NCBI GenBank assembly: GCA_965203175.1
Contig: OZ241867.1
Coordinates: forward strand, 4,640,001-4,704,000
DNA from: Candidatus Latescibacterota bacterium
GTDB lineage: Bacteria; Latescibacterota; UBA2968; UBA8231
DNA: 64,000 nucleotides
Direction: 5' to 3'
Below are positions 37,879 through 46,027 of the stretch, piece after piece. A program made the translations under genes and the position numbers. The notes beneath the pieces are model-generated. The model was not told the origin of the DNA and searched no databases. It worked only from the letters and a program-made list of their open reading frames with translations. The first letter of the stretch is position 1. Each line of letters opens with the position of its first letter.

Positions 37879-40101
37879 ATGCCCATCACCCAACCCATCG
37901 ACACCTTAGTCCTCGGCGGCGGCATGGCCGGCACCTTTGCCGCGCTCGCCGCCAAAACGCCCGATACCACCGTTGCCATTGTCGAGCCAGCCAATGTCTT
38001 GGGCGGCCAAGGCACGGCCGGGGGCGTCGCTGGTTTTTGCGGCGACAGCCAGCGCGTCAACGCCCCTTTTGCCCGCCTCGTCGAGACCTTGTCCCAGCAC
38101 GAGCTCATCGCCGAGTACGACCCGCTCGCCGACCGCCGCGCGTACGACTTGGAATTGTGCGCCTTCTTTTTACAGGAAATGGTCGCCGCAGCCGGCGTCG
38201 AAATCCTCTTCCACGCCCGAGCCTTGACGGCTCAACGCGACGGTGGGCACATCGCCTCGGTCGAGGTTGCCTGCGCCTCTGACCGCATCGAGTTCCGGCC
38301 CGGCATGGTTGTCGATGCCACTGGCGACTGCGCCCTAGCCCACGCGGCCGCGTTTGCAACCATCCACGAGGGGGCCAACAAACAACTGCCCATGAGCCTT
38401 TACTTTGTGCTATGGGACACCGGCCGACCTGTCACCCCCTTCTTGCCGCCGGACTGCCCGACTTGGGACGACGACGAGTCCCTGCCCATGACCACCTTGC
38501 ACGTGTTCCCCTCCGGCAAGGTCGAAGTCAAGATGAAGGTCGTGGGGTTTGACGCGGCCGATGGCCAGAGCCTGTCCCGCGCCGAACTACATGCGCGGCG
38601 ACAGATGATGGGCTTGATTTACTACTTGCAAACTAAGGGCTATCGCGGTACCCGGCTAGACACCCACGTCCTCGCCTCGGTCTCCCGGCACATCGGCGCT
38701 CGCGAGGGGCGGCGCATTGTCGGCGAATATCTCCTGACCGAAGAGGACGTCACCCATGCCTGCACGTTCTCCGACGCGGTAGCAGTGGGCACCTACCATC
38801 TCGACTACCACTGGCCCGACCGCGTCGAGCGCGCCGGCACGGGCATTACCACCATGGTCGAGCCATATCACATCCCGCTGCGCAGTCTAGTGCCCAAAGG
38901 GGCCGCTAATCTGCTAGTGGCCGGACGCTCGGCCTCGGGCGACCAGATGGCCATGAGTTCCTTCCGCATCCAAGCGACCTGTGCCCAGATGGGCTTTGCG
39001 GCCGGCACGGCGGCGCGGGTCTGCCAGCGCGAGGGGCGCGACTTGCAGGACGCGCCCCTCGCCGCGATCCAGCAAGCCATTGCGGCCGGCGGCCAGTCGC
39101 TCAATCTGTCCGCGTACGGCGACTACCTGCGCCACTTAATCCACATCCGCGAGTACCTCTTTGCCGACGACCGGCCCTTCACCCAGTGCCACGCCTCAAC
39201 TTTGGTGCAACTCAAAAACGGTGCGTTTCTCGCCGCGTGGTTTGGTGGCACTCGCGAAGGCCAAGCGGATGTCGGGATCTGGGGAACCGAGCGCTGGCGC
39301 GGGCGATGGTCGGCTCCCCGCCGTTTGGCCAAGGTGCGGGACTGTGCCCACTGGAATCCAGTGCTCCACGCCAGCGGCGACGGCTGCGTCTATCTGTTCT
39401 TCAAGGTGGGCGAGCAGATAGCCGATTGGGAAACTTGGGTGATAGAATCGGCCGACGAGGGTCAAACTTGGACCGAGCCACGGGCACTATTACCGGGCGA
39501 CCAGGGCGGGCGCGGGCCGGTTAAAAACAAGCTCCTCGTGCTCGCCGACGGCACGTGGTTGGCCGGGGCCTCGCTGGAAAAGGAAGGATGGGAGGTCTTT
39601 GTCGATCTCAGTGCGGACCGCGGCGCGACTTGGCAGGCCAGTGATCTCATAACACGCGACCGCTCGCTCTTCACCGGCCACGGTGCGATCCAGCCGACGC
39701 TTTGGGAATCGGCCCCGGGGCAAGTGCATATGTTGGTCCGCAGCACCTGTGGGCGGATCGGCCGCAGCGACTCAGCGGACGGAGGGCGGACTTGGTCGCC
39801 GCTCTATCCAACGGACTTGCCCAACAACAACAGCGGCCTCGACCTAGCTCGCCTCCACGACGGTACCCTCGCCCTCGTCTGCAACCCGGTGGAACGCACC
39901 CGCACCCCGCTCTCGATCCTACTCTCATCAGACAACGGGCAGACGTGGCCGCGCCGCTTGGACTTAGAAACCGCGGACGGCGAGTACTCCTATCCGGCGA
40001 TCATCCCCACCCAAGTCGGCATGGCCATTACCTATACGTGGAAACGCGAGCGGATCGCCTTCTGGCACGGGTCGGTAGAACAAGTGCCGAATACCGATTA
40101 G
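37879..40101 (+). CDS. FAD-dependent oxidoreductase fused to a BNR/sialidase propeller
   Basis: GGGMAG, DATGD, REGRRIVG; four Asp-boxes SADEGQTW, SADRGATW, SADGGRTW, SSDNGQTW; EYSYP. Confidence 0.85.
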   Translation: MPITQPIDTLVLGGGMAGTFAALAAKTPDTTVAIVEPANVLGGQGTAGGVAGFCGDSQRVNAPFARLVETLSQHELIAEYDPLADRRAYDLELCAFFLQEMVAAAGVEILFHARALTAQRDGGHIASVEVACASDRIEFRPGMVVDATGDCALAHAAAFATIHEGANKQLPMSLYFVLWDTGRPVTPFLPPDCPTWDDDESLPMTTLHVFPSGKVEVKMKVVGFDAADGQSLSRAELHARRQMMGLIYYLQTKGYRGTRLDTHVLASVSRHIGAREGRRIVGEYLLTEEDVTHACTFSDAVAVGTYHLDYHWPDRVERAGTGITTMVEPYHIPLRSLVPKGAANLLVAGRSASGDQMAMSSFRIQATCAQMGFAAGTAARVCQREGRDLQDAPLAAIQQAIAAGGQSLNLSAYGDYLRHLIHIREYLFADDRPFTQCHASTLVQLKNGAFLAAWFGGTREGQADVGIWGTERWRGRWSAPRRLAKVRDCAHWNPVLHASGDGCVYLFFKVGEQIADWETWVIESADEGQTWTEPRALLPGDQGGRGPVKNKLLVLADGTWLAGASLEKEGWEVFVDLSADRGATWQASDLITRDRSLFTGHGAIQPTLWESAPGQVHMLVRSTCGRIGRSDSADGGRTWSPLYPTDLPNNNSGLDLARLHDGTLALVCNPVERTRTPLSILLSSDNGQTWPRRLDLETADGEYSYPAIIPTQVGMAITYTWKRERIAFWHGSVEQVPNTD

Positions 40102-40113
40102 CATCATGCCGCA

Positions 40114-40491
40114 TTAGTCCTGGTACACCACCACCTTTATTCCATATCCCATAGCCAAAGGTTCCAGCACGGCATCACTTCTGGTGCAAATTGCAATCGT
40201 GTCCACGCTACGGGGTCGAAACGGTATCATCAGATGTCGCGAGAATAGCGCCTGACCCAAGAGATACATGCCCAGTCGGCTGGCCTTTGTTTGAATCACC
40301 ACAATATCTCGATTCTCGATTTCAATTTCCCGGTGGTTCGCAATCAAGTGTGGAGCATCCAAGATCACGACGCCATCAAGCAATCTCCTACCTTGATTGG
40401 GGCCACGACGGACGGCCGGGAACTCCTCTATCAGGGTACCGCCGATCTCTTGCCAATAGCGTCGTGTGAGGGGTGTTTCGCGTTTCGACAT
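40114..40491 (-). CDS. Small stand-alone PD-(D/E)XK-like nuclease
   Basis: EE...LLDGV...IQTK...LGQA pattern. Confidence 0.55.
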   Translation of the reverse strand: MSKRETPLTRRYWQEIGGTLIEEFPAVRRGPNQGRRLLDGVVILDAPHLIANHREIEIENRDIVVIQTKASRLGMYLLGQALFSRHLMIPFRPRSVDTIAICTRSDAVLEPLAMGYGIKVVVYQD

Positions 40492-40497
40492 GACTGC

Positions 40498-40745
40498 CTA
40501 TCCCCGAAGTATGGTTCGCCCTTTATCCGTTGTCTGGTATCGCTGAAGTGGACTTTTGGGCTTGTCCGGTATAGTGCGGACAAGTAGGCCTGTTCAAGCA
40601 ATTTGTCCAAGTAGTTACGTTGGAAGGTCTCTCGGTGCCTGATGCCGATAACCCTTTGAATATCAGCACTTTTCTTCGCTTCTAGGCAGGCACTAAGAAC
40701 CCTAATTATCCAAGGTCCGACTTGTCCGGTAGCTTGTCCGGTAGC
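40498..40745 (-). pseudogene. Fic-like C-terminal wHTH remnant
   Basis: ATGQATGQV...HRETFQRNYLDKLL, frameshift near 40575, then RTIPDKPKSPLQRYQTTDKG*. Confidence 0.75.
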
Positions 40746-40747
40746 AT

Positions 40748-40778
40748 TAGCCCTCCGGCTACATGTCCTCGCCGCGCA
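40748..40778. repeat. 31-bp direct repeat, copy 1 (duplicate of Gfo gene 3' end)
   Basis: TAGCCCTCCGGCT(A/G)CATGTCCTCGCCGCGCA; 30/31 identical to 42933-42963. Confidence 0.9.
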
Positions 40779-40818
40779 TGTCCGCTCTGTATTAGTCCGC
40801 AGCTATCTTATTGGCGAC

Positions 40819-41442
40819 TCACTGCCAATCAAAGGGCTCGGCGTCTGGGTACTCCTTTTTATACTCAGCCATTTCTTTCTTGTCTAGCGCGTACCACTCA
40901 TCGTACGGATAACGGCGGAAAAATTCCCCTATACGCTCGCGGAAATGCTCATCGGCGATAGGGTTTAGTCGCCCACGCCTTAATGATAAAAGATTCTCCA
41001 AGTCCTCACGAGGGACACGGAGTGTCACAAGAAAATCAACCGCCATCTTATCGGAGAACCCCAGTTGATCGCTGGGAGGCAGATAGAACCACTTCTGATT
41101 AAGCCGTGCATGTTGGGTAAGAAGATTCTTCCAACTCTTGGCAGACTTCGTATCCTTGCTCTTTCTCTCCACGTCACGGAATTTTCGGATTTCACATAGT
41201 GTAATGTCTCTGCTGTGGGAAGCATCACAGTCTTGAGTAGCGACGATTGAAGCTACAGAGCGAGCAGACACAATGATGTCGACAGGACTGCTCTGATTCG
41301 CCAATTCCTCCCACTTTGTAACTCGCTCACCTTCTTCATCCGCGAGCAAAATTCGTTCAAGGGAAAGATCGATTCGAGGGAGTCCGATGAAAATATCTCC
41401 TTGGCGGATCGATGCAGTTTGATCGGGAAATTCGTAGATCAT
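40819..41442 (-). CDS. Hypothetical protein, MazF/PemK-like motif pattern
   Basis: IRQGDIF, IVATQDCD, WFYLP, AVDF, EHFRERIGEFFRR; ATGA overlap with the upstream gene; the fold is inferred. Confidence 0.6.
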   Translation of the reverse strand: MIYEFPDQTASIRQGDIFIGLPRIDLSLERILLADEEGERVTKWEELANQSSPVDIIVSARSVASIVATQDCDASHSRDITLCEIRKFRDVERKSKDTKSAKSWKNLLTQHARLNQKWFYLPPSDQLGFSDKMAVDFLVTLRVPREDLENLLSLRRGRLNPIADEHFRERIGEFFRRYPYDEWYALDKKEMAEYKKEYPDAEPFDWQ

Positions 41443-41819
41443 TTGTCCTCATCCCACTGAATGCCTCGTTCCGCCTCCCACTCGGCCAGTTGGATACGTT
41501 CCTGTTCAGCGTTTTCGATAATTTGACGAGCGATTTGCAGTGCTTCTGTACGCGAGATTGGCCTTCCTATCACCCCGTCAAAAGCCAAGGAGATCGTGGA
41601 TACATCGCGTCTCCGTCTGTCCCAAAACCAGTAGTCGGGAGCAGCGGTAGCAGGGGATGCCGCAGTTACCAGAACTATTCCTGCAATCTGCCCAAGTCGA
41701 TAGAAATTCCAGCGAGTCTCTGGCCTTTTGACATGGCTTTTGCTCCAAGCGTCCGATGAGGCAATATCCGTTTCTGACAATTCTACTTGAAGATCTATAG
41801 TTGCAAGATCGTTACTCAC
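41439..41819 (-). CDS. Small hypothetical protein (candidate antitoxin)
   Basis: Overlaps both neighbours; acidic ends; PDYWFWDRRRR motif. Confidence 0.65.
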   Translation of the reverse strand: MSNDLATIDLQVELSETDIASSDAWSKSHVKRPETRWNFYRLGQIAGIVLVTAASPATAAPDYWFWDRRRRDVSTISLAFDGVIGRPISRTEALQIARQIIENAEQERIQLAEWEAERGIQWDEDK

Positions 41820-42585
41820 CGGAGAACCTCTCTTTCAGTTCGCCATCAATCAATCTAAAGAACCAGTCGTCTATTAAGTTATGAGCCTCCTCTAGCCACT
41901 TCGGAAAGCCATTAGGTATTGCAGGAATATGTCCTGCTTGAACCAAAGTCTCCCATATCAAGGCTGGCTGGCTCATATGGCTCCCAATGGCAAATCGCAA
42001 AGCAATAATGCCAACAGGGTCATTGGTGGGAAAAGACATATGCCAGTTAAACTCCGTCGGATTTTTCTTAACTCGTTCATTGATGAACAGATCATCGGGT
42101 AAGGAGATGGTTGTCTTCATTTTGTCCTTAAGAAAATTGAAGACACTCTCCTGATTAAAGTCTACATCCACAGCATCTATATAGCGAAGTGTTAAACCTT
42201 GAACCTTGAAGTCCTCCTTAGCCGGATGGGCGTCAAGTAAGCTTTCGACGGCCTGGGCACAACGCTGCTTAAAATCGTCCCATGTGTAGCCCTCGGTTTC
42301 GTTCACAGTCATAAGTCCAGGACCAACTTGGATGAGTGGCCATCCATCTTCTGAAACCCGAAAACGATGCTGTGCCATATGAGCTACCATAGAGTCGGGA
42401 ATTTGGGTGGTTGGAAGCGGCTCATGAAAGGGATAGTCGCTCTCCACCTTTTCTGAAAAGCGCCCAAGCAACAGCCTGTAATGAGGGTCTGCCTCAATTT
42501 TCGAAGCCGTTTGAGCAGGCAATTCCCATTTAAATTCTAAAATCGCTTCAACCAATGGCTTGTTCTTCAATTCTTTCTCACTCAC
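41812..42585 (-). CDS. TIGR04255-family-like protein
   Basis: LKNKPLVEAILEFKW, LIQVGP, YTWDDF, GLTLRYID, AHNLIDDWF motifs. Confidence 0.8.
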   Translation of the reverse strand: MSEKELKNKPLVEAILEFKWELPAQTASKIEADPHYRLLLGRFSEKVESDYPFHEPLPTTQIPDSMVAHMAQHRFRVSEDGWPLIQVGPGLMTVNETEGYTWDDFKQRCAQAVESLLDAHPAKEDFKVQGLTLRYIDAVDVDFNQESVFNFLKDKMKTTISLPDDLFINERVKKNPTEFNWHMSFPTNDPVGIIALRFAIGSHMSQPALIWETLVQAGHIPAIPNGFPKWLEEAHNLIDDWFFRLIDGELKERFSGE

Positions 42586-42669
42586 TTTGCTCTCCCCTCT
42601 TGGGCATTTCGATTTTCGTCGGACAAAGGTATTCCCTAATTATATGAATCATATAAAGATATATCTGTT

Positions 42670-42832
42670 CCCCCGGACGGGAGACCGCTTGGTCATACCA
42701 CATGAGGAGATTGGAATCCTCTTGAAGAACCGTCTCCGGAATTTTCTTGATCAGCTATTATAGTGGCCTAGTCGTGCTCCTGCAACGCGGTGGTTTTACC
42801 TGCGACTGTCGATACGAGATAAACACCAGCCG
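42670..42832 (-). pseudogene. C-terminal remnant of a large DNA methyltransferase (defence-island type)
   Basis: ALQEHD*ATIIA, frameshift, KKIPETVLQEDSNLLMWYDQAVSR; recognised from memory, unverified. Confidence 0.55.
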
Positions 42833-42931
42833 ATTCTAAAGACCGGCGGCCGGTCCTATCTTCCACATGATCTGATCGGCAAGGGAGTCCGCCATCACCT
42901 TTCTCCTGTGGGTTTCAATCTCCGTCTGATC

Positions 42932-43996
42932 CTAGCCCTCCGGCTGCATGTCCTCGCCGCGCAGCAGGAAGGCGCGGATGTCGTAGCGGCCCGGGCGCTC
43001 TACCGGCAAATCCCCCGCCTCGATCATCACCTCCAGCGGCGAAGCCATCGTCCGCAAGGGCAACGCCGTCACCTCGTGTAACCGCGCCGACTCGTACGTG
43101 GCCATAATGATCTCCACTGCCGCCCGGCCATTTTCCGCTTGGCCGCGATGCTCGACCTTGCCTTCAATCCACTCCACGATCTCGCGCTGCTGCCCAACGC
43201 TGGGGTCCTCGCCCTCGCCCTGACGCTCTTCCCAAGTGCCGGTCTTGCTGTTGAGCAGCCGCACCTTGCTCTCGTCGAGTTCAATTATGCCCTCCGAACC
43301 GTAGAAAACCCCGCCTTGGTAATTCGGGCCGGCCAATTCCTGCAAAAGCTGGCCAATGGCCCCATTGTCAAATTGTACCACGCACAGGCTGCGATCCTCA
43401 ATGGGAATGTCGCGCTCAAAGCGCTCGGTCTTGCGCTCGATATTGCCCATCACCCACACCGCCTGCGGATCGCCCATCACATAGCGCATCATGTCCAACA
43501 GATGCGAGCAATCGTTGAGCAAGCCCTGTCCGCCGCGCGCATTGACCTGCTGCACCTCGCCGATGGCCCCTTCTGCCACCAGTTCCTTGGCCAAAGTCCA
43601 CGCCGGGTTGAAGCGGCGCTGATGAGCAATGGCCAGCTTGACATGGTTGCGCCGGGCGGCGATCAGCATGTCGTCGCAATCGCCTAGACTAGTCGCCATG
43701 GGCTTTTCGCACAGCACGGCTTTGGGCTTGCGCGCGCAAGCGGCAATCGTCATCGGCGCATGCAACTTGTGCCAAGTACACACCGAGACGATGTCGAGCG
43801 CCTCCTCGTCGAGCATCTGGCGGCAATCCTCGTAGCGTTGAGCGATCCCGTGTCGCTCGCCGAATTCCTCCCGCGCCGCAGCCACCGGATCGGCCAGCGC
43901 CACCACCTCGACTCGGTCCACTCCGTTCCAACCGTTCATGTGGTAGTGGGCAATGCCGCCGCAGCCGATAATGCCCACTCGGTACTTTTCTGCCAT
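42932..43996 (-). CDS. Gfo/Idh/MocA oxidoreductase
   Basis: IIGCGGIA, CEKPM, HQRRF motifs; its 3' end is copy 2 of the 31-bp repeat. Confidence 0.92.
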   Translation of the reverse strand: MAEKYRVGIIGCGGIAHYHMNGWNGVDRVEVVALADPVAAAREEFGERHGIAQRYEDCRQMLDEEALDIVSVCTWHKLHAPMTIAACARKPKAVLCEKPMATSLGDCDDMLIAARRNHVKLAIAHQRRFNPAWTLAKELVAEGAIGEVQQVNARGGQGLLNDCSHLLDMMRYVMGDPQAVWVMGNIERKTERFERDIPIEDRSLCVVQFDNGAIGQLLQELAGPNYQGGVFYGSEGIIELDESKVRLLNSKTGTWEERQGEGEDPSVGQQREIVEWIEGKVEHRGQAENGRAAVEIIMATYESARLHEVTALPLRTMASPLEVMIEAGDLPVERPGRYDIRAFLLRGEDMQPEG

Positions 43997-44030
43997 GTCG
44001 TCTTCCTTTGTTGGAGGTTAGCTATCTGTG

Positions 44031-45929
44031 TTAGTTGATCCAATCGACAATCGCATCCTCGCTCATCCCCTCGGCTTCGACCACGAGCTGCGTTCCCTTA
44101 CCTGCCGCCCGATAGCATCGCCTAGCGACGCGCTCCGGGAAATGATCTCCGGCCCCGTGCACCAACAGCCGCCCTGGCGCGCACAACGCCAGCGCCGTCC
44201 GCACATCGCCCAACGCGCGAATCCCCGGCGCAAAAAGCGCTCCAGTCCACGCTTCGTCACCTCCCAGATCGCGACCATCCCAGTCCACCGCAGTGCTGCT
44301 GACGCCGCTAATCAGCGCCCGCGCAAACAGGCACCAGATGCCGGCCTCGCCCTGACCAACGAGGTCGCGCTTGCCCACGCGCAGGTGCTGGTCCAGATAG
44401 GCCAAACCCGTGAGGATGTCCTGCACCCTGCAAGCCATCGTCGCCTGATTGTACGTGTGGTACAGAGGATCCATCTCGTCGTGCCCCTCCCTCTCTGTTC
44501 CATCGGTCAGGAAGGGAGCGACGATCAGTACAGCTCCTCCTGCCTGCAACAAACCCCGCGCCAGCGCCCCCGGCTCAGCGCCGTCCCAATTCGCGTCAGC
44601 AATCAGCGTCGCTGGCACCTTGCCTTGGGGACCTCGCGGAAGAAAAAACGCCGCTCGCACCCGCTCTCCCCGGCCCACGCGCCCCAAGACCAGATTCTCG
44701 GCCACATAGCCCTCCTCCCGCCGAAATCCCAAACTCTCGACTGCTACTTGAGGCGCGGCATCCACTCCGAGCAGACTTGCCAGTGCCGGGAGCGTCTCCC
44801 ACTGGAAGCGCCGAATGCGGGCCGATGCCAATCTCGCGCCCAAGCGCTTCTCGCTGCGAGCGATCAAGGCGTCAAAGACCCCTTGTGCGTCGAGCGCATG
44901 AGCCGGTTTTTTGCGTCCGCTGAACACCAGCAAATCCTCGTCCTTCTCTACGGTAAACGGCTGTTCGGCGACCTTCCCTTGCCCACCGAGCAGGTGGCAC
45001 TTGAAAAACGCGTACACCGCTTCGCGGCTCGGCTGGTTGTAGTTGTGCGGGGCATCTATCTGCACCTCGCTCACCTTGTTTTGCGCCCCGTAGAGACCGT
45101 AGATCGCACGCACCGCCGGGAACTCAACCTCTGGCGTATTCGCCGTCCAATCCCCGGTACACGACACCATCAACAAGGGCCTCGGTGCCATGCAGCTCGC
45201 GATTTCTACATTGTTGATGTCTAGCCGCAGGTGCCCCTGATTCTCGCAGCGACAGCCGCCCTGCATAAAGGCCGAGACCATGTTGACGGGAGCCGCCGCC
45301 TTGATCCGCTCGTCAACTGCCATCAGCAAAAAGGTCTGCGTCCCCCCACCAGAGGCACCCGTGCAGCCAATGCGCTCGGCATCTACATCCGTCAGCGATG
45401 CGAGGAAGTCAACCACCCGAATGCTGTTCCACAGTTGCAAGCTCAGCGCGCCGATTCCCCACAAAGCCTCGCGCCGCCCCCCAATCTCCCGATGCACGAA
45501 TTGGTCGCTGTCGTTGTACCCAACCATGTCGTACGAAAAGGCCACCATGCCCTGCCGTGCAAAGTTGATGCAGCGCCCAGCAATTGATCCCAACTCGGTG
45601 TTTTCCAAACGCCCGTGCTCCCAGTGGCCGTGCGGACAGGCAAGCGCCGGGAAAGGGCCCTCGTCTAGCGGCCGGTACAGATTGCCACAGACGAAAAAAC
45701 CGGGCAAGCTCTCGAAAAAAACCTTTTCCACCGCATAGCCATCCCGTTCAATCCGCCCGAAGACCTGCGCCTTGAGCGGGGTCTTCGCCGGCAGCGGCCA
45801 CAATCCCGCACAGACGAGAATGTGCCGACGAATCGCCGCCGCCCGCTGTTCCCACTCCGCCAGCGTCCGATAGCGGCGCAAGGCCCAAGGCGTACTAACG
45901 TGTTTGGCTGCGCCCAGCCGTGTATCCAT
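44031..45929 (-). CDS. Acetylxylan esterase-like tandem alpha/beta hydrolase
   Basis: CPHGHW, GASGGGTQT nucleophile elbow, APRPLL, PHNY motifs. Confidence 0.85.
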   Translation of the reverse strand: MDTRLGAAKHVSTPWALRRYRTLAEWEQRAAAIRRHILVCAGLWPLPAKTPLKAQVFGRIERDGYAVEKVFFESLPGFFVCGNLYRPLDEGPFPALACPHGHWEHGRLENTELGSIAGRCINFARQGMVAFSYDMVGYNDSDQFVHREIGGRREALWGIGALSLQLWNSIRVVDFLASLTDVDAERIGCTGASGGGTQTFLLMAVDERIKAAAPVNMVSAFMQGGCRCENQGHLRLDINNVEIASCMAPRPLLMVSCTGDWTANTPEVEFPAVRAIYGLYGAQNKVSEVQIDAPHNYNQPSREAVYAFFKCHLLGGQGKVAEQPFTVEKDEDLLVFSGRKKPAHALDAQGVFDALIARSEKRLGARLASARIRRFQWETLPALASLLGVDAAPQVAVESLGFRREEGYVAENLVLGRVGRGERVRAAFFLPRGPQGKVPATLIADANWDGAEPGALARGLLQAGGAVLIVAPFLTDGTEREGHDEMDPLYHTYNQATMACRVQDILTGLAYLDQHLRVGKRDLVGQGEAGIWCLFARALISGVSSTAVDWDGRDLGGDEAWTGALFAPGIRALGDVRTALALCAPGRLLVHGAGDHFPERVARRCYRAAGKGTQLVVEAEGMSEDAIVDWIN

Positions 45930-46027
45930 TTCCAAACTCCTTTTGTTGAGATAGGTAGGGTGCCACTGGTAGATCCTCTTCATTTATTGAAGCTGCCGCT
46001 CAGGAGAGCTTTTGCGTTGGACCGTTT

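Noticed and set aside
40721-40744. 12-bp tandem repeat CTTGTCCGGTAG x2
   Set aside because: Encodes the ATGQ-ATGQ linker of the Fic remnant; not CRISPR or an iteron
42657-42665. 9-bp match (AGATATATC) to the predicted TnpB guide upstream of the TIGR04255 triad
   Set aside because: Too short and not preceded by CCAT; likely chance
44028-45224. 398-aa plus-strand ORF
   Set aside because: Antisense shadow of the esterase gene; Arg/Pro-rich with no motifs
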